Translations under genes and position numbers: made by a program
IMG/VR virus record: IMGVR_UViG_3300028666_000022
Location: 62,001-126,000 of that record
Length of the DNA stretch: 64,000 bases
Strand: one strand, 5' to 3'
Shown here: piece by piece, positions 55,044 to 64,000 of the stretch
Layout of the letters: the number at the start of each line of letters is the position of its first letter
Position numbering within the stretch: the stretch's first letter is position 1
The notes under the pieces: model-generated
The model's database searches: none
Told to the model about the DNA's origin: nothing
Seen by the model: the letters and a program-made list of their open reading frames with translations, nothing else

Positions 55044-55253
55044 TAAATATGTTTTTACTTTACAAATATATTTTATTTGATTATCTTTTGCAAGAGTTTA
55101 TAAAAATAAATATTAAATATATGGTGTCAAATTATCACAATGATATTAAATTAAAATTTATAATCTGTCATATCGTCACTCACTTTCTTTTGGCATAAAT
55201 TCTGATAATATTTTTTATTAAAAATAATATTATTAACTTAAAAATTTAAAACT

Positions 55254-55670
55254 ATGGTAGTATTTAGTTCAAAAAATCGTTATTCTTCAATCTCCGATTT
55301 ATTCTCAACTGTTTTTGATGAAATTATTGAATCATCAAACAAAATTAACAAACGACCTTCTTATGATATTATTGAAAATGATAATGAATATATCATCGAA
55401 GTATCATTAGCAGGAATGAAGAAAGAAAATATTAATATTGAGGTTGATAAAGATAATTTAATTATTAAAGCAAAGCGTGAAGAAAATAAAGAATTAAATT
55501 ATAATCGAAAAGAAACTTATTTTGGAGATTTTGAAAAAACATTTAAATTACCCGATTCAATAGATAATAAAAATATTATATCTTCTTTTATTGATGGTAT
55601 ACTAAAAATTACTATTCCAAAGATTATTAATCCTAATACTAAAAAGAAAATAGAAATAAATCAGTATTAA
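55254..55670 (+). CDS. Hsp20 small heat-shock protein
   Basis: LAGMKKENI, FEKTFKLP, DGILKITIPK. Confidence 0.92.
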   Translation: MVVFSSKNRYSSISDLFSTVFDEIIESSNKINKRPSYDIIENDNEYIIEVSLAGMKKENINIEVDKDNLIIKAKREENKELNYNRKETYFGDFEKTFKLPDSIDNKNIISSFIDGILKITIPKIINPNTKKKIEINQY

Positions 55671-55690
55671 GTTATTGTGCTTAATTAACG

Positions 55691-55719
55691 GGAGATAATA
55701 TATTAATTATGTTATCTCC
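55691..55719. terminator. Bidirectional terminator
   Basis: ggagataa / ttatctcc between convergent genes. Confidence 0.7.
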
Positions 55720-55721
55720 TT

Positions 55722-56270
55722 TTATCTAAATACCTCTTCACTAATATTCTTTTTTAGTTTGGTTTTAATATAATTAATTTTATTACTCACAGTACTACTA
55801 GTAATTTGCAATTTATCCCCAATTTCACTATAATTATATCCTTGAACATATTTTAAATCCAATAAAGTAAAATCATATGGGGATAATTGTGTTGAAATAT
55901 AATTAATTGCGTTAATATTATCAAAAGCATTTGAAGTTAATGTTGAACAATTATATAATAAATTTGTAAAATCCGAAGAATAAATTATTGTTTTATTTCT
56001 CCACTTATCAACCATATAATTTTTTGTTATAGTAAGAACCCATGATTTAAATTTCGATTTATTGTTATCAAAATCTTTTATATTTAGAAAAACCTTAATT
56101 AATATCTCAGATACATCATCCTCAATATCATTATATGTAGAATATTTATATACAATATAATTTTTTACTATTTTTTTATATTTATTATAAATAATTTTTT
56201 GTGCTGCCTGATTTCCAATCAAAATTTTTTGAATCAGAATCATATCCTCTTCTTTCTCTGCTACTATCAT
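55722..56270 (-). CDS. ECF-type sigma-70 family RNA polymerase sigma factor
   Basis: Region 2: EDDVSEILIKVF..FKSWVLTITKN..VD; region 4: GYNYSEIG..TVSNKI. Confidence 0.88.
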   Translation of the reverse strand: MIVAEKEEDMILIQKILIGNQAAQKIIYNKYKKIVKNYIVYKYSTYNDIEDDVSEILIKVFLNIKDFDNNKSKFKSWVLTITKNYMVDKWRNKTIIYSSDFTNLLYNCSTLTSNAFDNINAINYISTQLSPYDFTLLDLKYVQGYNYSEIGDKLQITSSTVSNKINYIKTKLKKNISEEVFR

Positions 56271-57267
56271 AAGGTTTTTGTAATTTCTTCATAAAATAAT
56301 CATCAGTAATTAAAGACCTTGCTGTATATAATGCTTTAATTACTTCTTCTTCACCAAAATTTCTCCTTAATTCATCAACATCATCTTTTGTTGGTAATTT
56401 AACTATCTTAACACTATCTTCACAACCAACATATATCGTTTCTAACATATAAAATAAATCAATTGCATTCGCATATGCATCTGGATCAAGTAAAACAATT
56501 ACTTGTGGTTTTAATTCTTTTAATCTTAAAAATAAAGTTGTTGATAATGTCTTGCCTAATAATGGTATTGCATTTGGAACTGAAAACATATCAGTAACAC
56601 CTTCAACTAAACATACTGGAGAATCCCAATTAATATATCCTTCATTAAATATTATTAAATCTTTATTTGATTTTGGATTATCATATTTATTTTTCAATTT
56701 CCTATCATAAGCCCTCGCTACAAAATAATTAATATCACCATTTCTATCATAAGAGGGAAATATTATCCTCTTAGCATATTTTCCTGTTGTACAAAAACCG
56801 ATCCTATATTTTAATATCTTTTCTCTGTTTATTTTTCTGTCATTTATTAAATAATTATATGCCTCAAAATGTTCTGAATTATTTACATCCATTTGTGAAA
56901 ATAATATCATTTCTTGTGGAAGACTGACTTGTACATATTCTTTTTCTTCATCATAATCGTTAGAAGAATAGTTCCCATAAACACTTAAATATGATTTATA
57001 TAAATCATAATCTATTTTCGTTCCATATAATCGAATTAATTTACCTAAAGAACCAGAAAAATTAGGTTCTGAGCAACGCCAACATCTAAAAACTAACCTA
57101 TTCCTATGTGTTGATATTTCTAAATTAAATTTATTATCGGCATATAATAATCCATCTCGTTCTTGACAACGAGGACAACATGTTTGTAGCTGAGAAGAAA
57201 CACCTAATCCTCTTGTATCTGGAAAGATATTTCCAATAATCTGATGAAATTCAATACCATCTATCAT
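56185..57267 (-). CDS. DnaG-like DNA primase (Zn-binding + TOPRIM); start probably the ATG at 57267
   Basis: CPRC...CWRC; RIIFP..YFVAR; LVEGVTD; LLDPDA; TATATTTG at 57273-57280 just upstream. Confidence 0.85.
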   Translation of the reverse strand: MIDGIEFHQIIGNIFPDTRGLGVSSQLQTCCPRCQERDGLLYADNKFNLEISTHRNRLVFRCWRCSEPNFSGSLGKLIRLYGTKIDYDLYKSYLSVYGNYSSNDYDEEKEYVQVSLPQEMILFSQMDVNNSEHFEAYNYLINDRKINREKILKYRIGFCTTGKYAKRIIFPSYDRNGDINYFVARAYDRKLKNKYDNPKSNKDLIIFNEGYINWDSPVCLVEGVTDMFSVPNAIPLLGKTLSTTLFLRLKELKPQVIVLLDPDAYANAIDLFYMLETIYVGCEDSVKIVKLPTKDDVDELRRNFGEEEVIKALYTARSLITDDYFMKKLQKPYDSSRERRGYDSDSKNFDWKSGSTKNYL

Positions 57268-57284
57268 AGTAGCAAATATAAACA

Positions 57285-57322
57285 AAAAATTGCTATAAAA
57301 CAAGAGAGTTATAGCAATTTTT
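57285..57322 (-). terminator. Intrinsic terminator closing the DGR transcript
   Basis: aaaaattgctataa / ttatagcaattttt (14-bp stem). Confidence 0.7.
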
Positions 57323-57335
57323 AAAAATAAGATAA

Positions 57336-57356
57336 TTAATTACCGATTTTCTTCAT
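57336..57356 (-). pseudogene. Putative stub of a DGR reverse transcriptase (MKKIGN*)
   Basis: Sits where the RT normally starts after TR and spacer; resembles MKRIGNL-type N-termini recalled for Bacteroidota DGR RTs. Confidence 0.5.
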
Positions 57357-57466
57357 TCTTTTTGTTTTTTAAAAAATCATCTTCGTTTTCACTACCAATG
57401 CTCTTCCTTTTATCATAGTCATTTTTTGCCATGCTGGCAAGGTCTACACTATTATTTACAATAAAA

Positions 57467-57538
57467 CATAACTGCGAACTAGTATTCGTATTCAGCGTAT
57501 TATAGTAATAATTCGTATTGTAAAAACTGAAACAAGAA
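57467..57538 (-). repeat. DGR template repeat (TR)
   Basis: 72 bp; differs from the VR at 13 sites, all A in TR; rich in AAT codons in the VR frame. Confidence 0.93.
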
Positions 57539-57579
57539 AATACTAATGTGAGGCAATAGTGTACAATCTATAATCTATT

Positions 57580-58017
57580 TTACATTAAATATTCTTCATA
57601 TAATTTTGTAAATGTCTTTCCACAATATTCTGCCTTTTCCTGACTTTCAAGGCAAAACCGCGAACCAGTATTCGCACCCAGCGCATCATAGTAATAACCC
57701 GCATTGAAAAAACCGAAACAAGAATCAGCATTAAAATAAGGATACCATTTCTTTTGATTATTATTAGTGTAATCAGGTTTCCAATCTTGATTTATTACAT
57801 AGATTATATGTTCCAATTTTAATTGAGCAACAATATGTTTTTTATTAATGTTAAGATAATCATTTGGAACTGGTAATACTCTACAAGCATCATCATATGA
57901 CTTAATGTCTCTCCAGTTATAAAAATTAACTAGCTTAAATACAATATTAGTTCTAGTTGATTTTTCATTATCAACTACATAACCCTCTGGAGCACAAATT
58001 CTAATTTCTTTTTCCAT
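57580..58017 (-). CDS. DGR target protein (small, C-terminal CLec-like variable region)
   Basis: Contains the VR ending in GSRFC; ECF-type promoter copy at 58048-58072 upstream. Confidence 0.85.
   Translation of the reverse strand: MEKEIRICAPEGYVVDNEKSTRTNIVFKLVNFYNWRDIKSYDDACRVLPVPNDYLNINKKHIVAQLKLEHIIYVINQDWKPDYTNNNQKKWYPYFNADSCFGFFNAGYYYDALGANTGSRFCLESQEKAEYCGKTFTKLYEEYLM
57653..57724 (-). repeat. DGR variable repeat (VR)
   Basis: Encodes SCFGFFNAGYYYDALGANTGSRFC; TR in the same frame reads SCFSFYNTNYYYNTLNTNTSSQLC. Confidence 0.93.
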
Positions 58018-59181
58018 CTTATTTTAAATTTAATTATTTACTTAATATACGTAAACATATCTTATTTGTTACAAATTATTTTAATATAATCCCAACGATT
58101 TAAACCAATTATTAATCCAATCAATTCTGTATCCCCATTTACCCGAAATAATATATTTAATTGGCATTCCAATAAGTAAGATTAACATAAAAATCAATGC
58201 AAATGGTAATGTAAATCTAATTATTAATGGTGTTTCAATCTTTTCTTTTTTATAAAATTCTAAATCAGAACCACGTAAACGATCGACAATATCATCGGCA
58301 TTACATTTCTTTAATTCAGGTATTCTATTTTGTAATTCAAATGCAACTGAATTATAATCTATTCTTCTTTGTTTAAAATAAAATGACATAATATTATTTA
58401 TTTAATAATTCTATTGAACAATCATTATACCCTAATTTATATGCATAATCTAATGAAATTTTAAATGTTTCAATAAATTCATTTGAAAAATCTTCACCAA
58501 TACTCAAACGATATTTACCTATATCAAAAACATATTTCCCATCAGCTATAGTAAGTTTAATTGGTGTTTCAACAATTATTACACCTTGTAAAATTTCATT
58601 TTCTTTCATAATATTAAATTTAAATAATTATCATTAAAACTTCTTTTCTCCTTCTAAGAAAGGAAAAAACATAATCAACCTATTCATAAATGCAGGTGGA
58701 ACTATTACAAAATTTCTTCCTAGTTTTAGGTGTTGCTGTTGTAATTCGTTGAAAATCCTAACAACAGTTTGTTTTAATGCACTATCATCAACTACATTAG
58801 AATCCATAACATCTGAACTATTTGAACCATTTTTTAACCTTTGATTTTCAGCAAAAATTTTAGCATAATTTTCTTTTGCTTCACCTAATTCAGTCCTCAA
58901 TAATTCCATTTCTGAAGATAATGCTTCTACCTGTTCTTGTAACCAAGAATTATCATTTAATTGAGTACTTGAAGCCACTTCAGATTTTTCCTGTTCCTTA
59001 ACCTTTTCATTTGGATTCAATGGTATGTCCTCCAATAATTTTGCTACTGTTTCTTTAGCTTTTAAATCACGTTCTTCTTCAGGAGTAGTTTTTTTCACTA
59101 CCTTCTTTACTTCTACTTTTTTAACTACTGGAACAACGGCTTTTTTAGCACCTTTGGCTAAACTCATTAATTTGTTTTCTT

Positions 59182-60468
59182 TCATAATATAATTATTTTT
59201 AATTCTTTTAATTTATTTTCTAAATACTCTTCAATATTTTTTACTTTATATGATATTCTAATTAATCTTATATTTTTCTTTTTACAATAATCATTTTTTA
59301 TTTTATCATTAGCTTGTCTTAATTTTAACCCTTTTTCTCCACCAAAAAAATTTATAGCCATAAAATGTTGTCTACCATCAAATTCAATTAATACGTTATA
59401 ATTATTAAGATAAAAATCAAATGATAATTTTTGTTTATTTTTACAATCGTCAAATTTTTTTTGTTGTTCAAAATTAAAATTATTTTTAGCTAAAAAATTT
59501 TTTATTGTTAACTCACCCCTAGAACTACTACAAATTGAACATCCATTACCACTTAAATGACTGTGTGGTGTTTGTAAAAATTCTCCATGAATAGGACAAA
59601 TAATTTTTAATTTTTTATTTGATGATATATATTCTGTTTTAGAATAATCATATTTATTATTATGTATAATATTTGCTTTTTCAATAAAAAAATTAATGTT
59701 TGTTTTTGATCCAGAACATAATGAACATCCATTAGTTCTTAAATGAGAATTTGGTATTTGTTCAAATATTCCATGAATCGGACATTTAATTTTTACTTTA
59801 ATATTTGCACTAATATAATTAGTTTCCGAATAATCATATTTATTATTATGAACAATATTTGCTTTGTTTATGAAAATTTCAGTGGTTTTTTTAATTTTAT
59901 CACTACATTTTGAACATCCATATCCAGTTAAATGACCAGATGGTAATTGTTCAAATATTCCATGAATTGGGCATTTAATTTTTACTTTGATGTTTGCACC
60001 AATATAATTTATCTCTGAATAATCAAATTTATTGTTATGAATAATATTTGCTTTTTTAATAAATTCACTAGTATTAGATTTTTCTGTACCACCACATTTT
60101 GGACATCCATCTCCTATTAAATGATCATTTGGTCTTTGAATAAACTCTCCGTGTGTTGGGCAAATAATTTTTACTTTAGTTTTATTTTGTTTATATTCAA
60201 CTAATGAATAATCATACTTATTTTTATGAATAATTTTTGCTTTTTCAATAAATTCATTAGAATTAGATTTTATATTACCCGCACATTTTGGACATCCTCT
60301 ACCATCTAAATGATCGTTTGGTGTTTGTTCAAAAACATCATGTTTTAAACAAATAATTTTAACTTTAGTAGAACTATTAACATAATTAACAAAAGTATAT
60401 TCATATTTATTTTTATGAATATACTTTGCTTTTTTTATAAACTCTTTTGTTGTTAATTTTTTACCCAT
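59182..60468 (-). CDS. Homing-endonuclease-like protein with five Zn-ribbon repeats and a C-terminal PD-(D/E)XK/Vsr-like domain
   Basis: 5x FI.KA..IH.NKYDYS...IC..HG.F.Q.P..HL.G.GC..C; FDFYL..IEFDGRQH..DKIK. Confidence 0.85.
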   Translation of the reverse strand: MGKKLTTKEFIKKAKYIHKNKYEYTFVNYVNSSTKVKIICLKHDVFEQTPNDHLDGRGCPKCAGNIKSNSNEFIEKAKIIHKNKYDYSLVEYKQNKTKVKIICPTHGEFIQRPNDHLIGDGCPKCGGTEKSNTSEFIKKANIIHNNKFDYSEINYIGANIKVKIKCPIHGIFEQLPSGHLTGYGCSKCSDKIKKTTEIFINKANIVHNNKYDYSETNYISANIKVKIKCPIHGIFEQIPNSHLRTNGCSLCSGSKTNINFFIEKANIIHNNKYDYSKTEYISSNKKLKIICPIHGEFLQTPHSHLSGNGCSICSSSRGELTIKNFLAKNNFNFEQQKKFDDCKNKQKLSFDFYLNNYNVLIEFDGRQHFMAINFFGGEKGLKLRQANDKIKNDYCKKKNIRLIRISYKVKNIEEYLENKLKELKIIIL

Positions 60469-62166
60469 TTATTCAATAACTAAATTTGAATTCAAATGAG
60501 CAACAAGACCGTTATCAAAATTCCAAATAAATGCATCTGCCGCTTTTATTTGACCAATAAATCCTTTAGTATGATGCCAATTATCAGTACCGCTTAAAGA
60601 ACTCAAATATCTAACAGTTACACCCAAATCTTCATTAAGTAATTTTGATTTAGTGTCAATAATATCATATTTAATATTTCTTTTACGATGTATGTGTCCT
60701 AAATGCCACTCGTGATAGGTAGTTTCACTCCAAAATGGTTTTGATTCAATATCACTTGCCATTAATAAAGGTAATGAACTTTCCTTTTCTTCGCTACCAT
60801 GTGTAAATCCAAGTAAAACTTTACCAAATCTATAATATTTTCTTGGCGAAGCACCATTATTTATATTAACCATTGGATCATTATTAAACCATGCTTCTAA
60901 AAAAGATCCAATGTAGTAGCTTCTTGAAAAATCATGATTACCACTCACAACAAGGACTTCAACGTTTACTCCTGTTTGTTTTAATAAATTAATTCCATCA
61001 ACAAGTAATTTTGTACCAATTTGAAAAGTCTTTTGCCATCTTTCGTCTTCACTTTGGGGGGTTCCGTGACTTGTGCAATTTTCAATATTATCTGAGTTAA
61101 AAAAATCATTACCAACAGGAAATAATATTCTATTATATTGAAAACCACTTGCTCTTTTTAATAAAGTTTTTATTGCATCTAAAAACCTTTTGCTTGCAAT
61201 TTTAAGATCATAATTTTCTCCTGTTTCGCCAGCCCAGCAAAGCTTTCCGAGGTGCAAATCCGCAACCGTTATTTCTAGTAAATTATTTTCTTCGTGATTA
61301 AAATTTGCTGGTTCAATATCTAAAATTGTTGGTTTATAATTTTTAACCATATCAACAAATATTTCTGCAGCATTTTTGCATTTAAAAAGTTCTTCAATTC
61401 TTTCTAATCTTGCTTTAACCTGAAAATTTTGTCTTGTATTAGCTTCACCATTTCTTGAAGTAGAAGTAGTGTCCCATTTATTAATAACATAATCTTTTAC
61501 TTTCCAGACATCTAAATCAACATTTCCTGCAGCTAGTAATTGATCAACAGTTCTTATATGATCTTTTGGATAACTAGAACCACCAACCCATTCATATTCG
61601 GCATTACCACCATTTTGTTTAAATGTTGATTTTTCACCCTGAACATTTGGTAAAACATTTGTTTCTTTATTTGGTATTAAAATTTCCTTTTTATTTGATT
61701 CTACACCTCTATTTTTTTCGTAATTCTTATATGCTTCATTAAACAATGAAAAAGATTCACTATCTAAAGTACCATTTTCATGTTTTTCTAAAATAATTGT
61801 TTTATTATTTGAAACATAAGTACTTGCATAACCAGATTTAACAGATGCTTCACTTAACGAAATATTATTGTTTATAGCATAATTAATAATTTCAATAATT
61901 TTATTAATCTTAATATTAATATCCTTTTCTTTAAATTTAAAGAGATTGGTATTGTTACTTACATATTCATTATATAATGAACTGAATTTAGTAAATATTT
62001 CATCATCAACAATACCGTTTTCATATTCCTTAAATAAATCATCTTTTACATTACTAGCATATTTACTAGCATATCCAAATTTAATTGAACCTTCACTAAG
62101 ACTAATATTAGTCTTGATCGCATAATTGATGATTTCAATTGCTTTATCTATTCTTTCACTTGTCAT
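60469..62166 (-). CDS. Calcineurin-like metallophosphoesterase with a duplicated N-terminal helical module
   Basis: DLH, GND, SGNHD, THG, GHIH; IEIINYAI..NISLSE repeated twice. Confidence 0.85.
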   Translation of the reverse strand: MTSERIDKAIEIINYAIKTNISLSEGSIKFGYASKYASNVKDDLFKEYENGIVDDEIFTKFSSLYNEYVSNNTNLFKFKEKDINIKINKIIEIINYAINNNISLSEASVKSGYASTYVSNNKTIILEKHENGTLDSESFSLFNEAYKNYEKNRGVESNKKEILIPNKETNVLPNVQGEKSTFKQNGGNAEYEWVGGSSYPKDHIRTVDQLLAAGNVDLDVWKVKDYVINKWDTTSTSRNGEANTRQNFQVKARLERIEELFKCKNAAEIFVDMVKNYKPTILDIEPANFNHEENNLLEITVADLHLGKLCWAGETGENYDLKIASKRFLDAIKTLLKRASGFQYNRILFPVGNDFFNSDNIENCTSHGTPQSEDERWQKTFQIGTKLLVDGINLLKQTGVNVEVLVVSGNHDFSRSYYIGSFLEAWFNNDPMVNINNGASPRKYYRFGKVLLGFTHGSEEKESSLPLLMASDIESKPFWSETTYHEWHLGHIHRKRNIKYDIIDTKSKLLNEDLGVTVRYLSSLSGTDNWHHTKGFIGQIKAADAFIWNFDNGLVAHLNSNLVIE

Positions 62167-62262
62167 AAATATTGTTTTTAATTAATGTTATTAAATATTT
62201 TCAACAAACTTATTATAAATTATAATTAGTTGCAAGGGTTTTAAAAAATATATTGAATTTTT

Positions 62263-62571
62263 CTAAATAAAAACATTACCATTTTCTTTCAAAAACTTAA
62301 TACTTTCTTCAATTTTTTTACATTCTTCTTTAAAACTAGCCTCATTTTCAAGGCTTAAGTTAAACCATTCACCTTCTTTTCTAAGATGAGTATATCTCCG
62401 ATGTAATGTTCTTTCTACTTTATCTGCAAAATCACATTCATATACCTCAATAAATTTTAATTCTGATGAATTTCCGGTCTGAAGTTGTTTCAGCCTTTTT
62501 TTAGGATTAGTAGAAACACCAATTTTATAGTAACCATCTTCTTGGGATTGAATCAAATAAACGAATTTCAT
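62263..62571 (-). CDS. GIY-YIG (T5orf172-like) protein
   Basis: VYLI..YKIGVS..KRLKQLQTGN..ERTLH..GEWF. Confidence 0.88.
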   Translation of the reverse strand: MKFVYLIQSQEDGYYKIGVSTNPKKRLKQLQTGNSSELKFIEVYECDFADKVERTLHRRYTHLRKEGEWFNLSLENEASFKEECKKIEESIKFLKENGNVFI

Positions 62572-63186
62572 TTCTTTTTAATCCAAATTTTACCATAAAA
62601 TAATTGAAATGTTAGGGTAAAACATAGAAATAAGATTAATGGATCAATATATAGATTATATATTGGTTTATAAAATATAGCACCGAGACAAAGACATACT
62701 ATCATCATAGTTTTGCTGAAATGCCATAAATTAGTTAACCAACAAAAAATAGTAGATGATCCTAAGAATTTTTCACCTTGTTTATAATCACCATTTTTCC
62801 ACATATTTTGCCAAGAAAATGGATTAATACATTTAATTATTTTGGGGTTTTTAATTTTACTAAAAACAGAAACATTCCATCTGGAATTAATAATATCCAT
62901 AATAGAATTAAAAAATCCCGCTAAAACAAATAGTATTGCTGTTATCATTTCTTTTTAAATTTATTGATTAAGAATTTTGTTGGTATAATTATCCAAGCAT
63001 ATATAAGACTTACTAAACCAAACATTATTAAATAAGCAAGAAAGGGTGTTGATAACCAGAAGAATAAATCATTATCTGTTACTGCACATATTAAAAATAG
63101 TATAATACAAGCAAATAACGAAATAATTATTTTAAGTCCACCATCTTTTTCAAAAAGAAAATTAATTATATTTTTCATTTTATTTA

Positions 63187-63804
63187 TTATTTTAGAATTC
63201 CTAATATTTTTAAATATGCGTAACCTGTTGTGTAACTGTCACTTAAATCGTAGTTAATATCTTTAGGTTCTTTAGTATCTTTTTTATAAAACCATTCAAT
63301 TTGTGGTTCGAGTTTAGCAACTTTTTCCCAAATGTATCTTTTTTTGTCTTTTCTATATTTTTCAGGAAAACTAAGTGTTTCTATTTTCTCACCCTTTTTG
63401 TTATATGATGTTTTAACCAATTCAGTTAGAAAAAGTTTTCTTCCTTCATATATTCCAAGTTTATATGGAAATAAACCAAACACTTCATGAAGCACATATC
63501 TTGCCATTCCATTAAAACCAAGTAATAATGCAGTAGTATTAATGTTTACTGGAGTATTTTGTAATGGTGCTTCAACAACAATGTGAATTATTTCACCATT
63601 TAATTCATTTTCAATTCTATTTTTAAAATCAATACAATAGTTTTTAAATACATCGCATTTGTGAAGATCTCTGCAGTCCGTGGATATATTATCATCATTT
63701 TTTAAAGCCAGATGTTTAAGTTCAATAAGTTTACCTTTGTCATTCCATAAAGCACAACCTACATTAGTAGTAGAAATATCTAGTGACCAAATATATTTTT
63801 CCAT
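63187..63804 (-). CDS. RuvC-like Holliday junction resolvase
   Basis: SLDISTTNVG, VVEAP, YDLSDSY. Confidence 0.7.
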   Translation of the reverse strand: MEKYIWSLDISTTNVGCALWNDKGKLIELKHLALKNDDNISTDCRDLHKCDVFKNYCIDFKNRIENELNGEIIHIVVEAPLQNTPVNINTTALLLGFNGMARYVLHEVFGLFPYKLGIYEGRKLFLTELVKTSYNKKGEKIETLSFPEKYRKDKKRYIWEKVAKLEPQIEWFYKKDTKEPKDINYDLSDSYTTGYAYLKILGILK

Positions 63805-64000
63805 AAATCAAATTTTAACATAAATCTTCAACATAATTTTTAATTTCTTCCATTGTTGCACCAGCTTCAATCATTTCTAAAATATCTGATTTAACTATAT
63901 CATAATATTCTTCACTTTTAGCTGAATCAATTTCAGAACAAATAGTTTCAATATTATAATTAGTGTAACTCATTCTACTATTGGTGGCGTGACAAAGTAC

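Noticed and set aside
59500-60460. ~190-bp tandem DNA repeats
   Set aside because: Explained by the protein Zn-ribbon repeats; differences are not adenine-specific, so not a DGR
1-64000. CRISPR array or cas genes near the TnpBs
   Set aside because: No regularly spaced repeat-spacer array seen; the TnpBs have omegaRNA-type ends

Overview
Very AT-rich, gene-dense window from a large lytic phage genome. TAnnTTTG-type promoters and Bacteroidota-like MetAP/AraC proteins suggest a Bacteroidota host (inference). It holds many small hypothetical ORFs; DNA-metabolism genes (Dda/RecD-like helicase, fused Mre11-Rad50, DnaG-like primase, RuvC-like resolvase, dCMP deaminase, pyrimidine-dimer glycosylase); cell-wall enzymes (GH19, M23, amidase-like, 3D); two DUF3494 ice-binding-like proteins; an ECF sigma factor; homing endonucleases; and an atypical tRNA-Gly. 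Three things stand out. (1) A TnpB RNA-guided system: three intact TnpBs, plus two protein-free omegaRNA cassettes (2824-3058, 35784-36025) that share a promoter, a boxA-like element and a structured leader but have different guides. Two TnpB loci take their guide from a truncated gene copy, while a diverged intact copy of the same gene lies on the other side of the element, which resembles RNA-guided intronless homing. (2) A diversity-generating retroelement with a 72-bp TR/VR pair (13/13 mismatches at TR adenines) but only a 6-codon stub (MKKIGN*) where the reverse transcriptase should be. (3) Nine copies of a GTAAC-N16-CGTA ECF-type promoter, matching the phage-encoded ECF sigma. All alignments were done by eye and no database searches were run, so family calls rest on recognised motifs.
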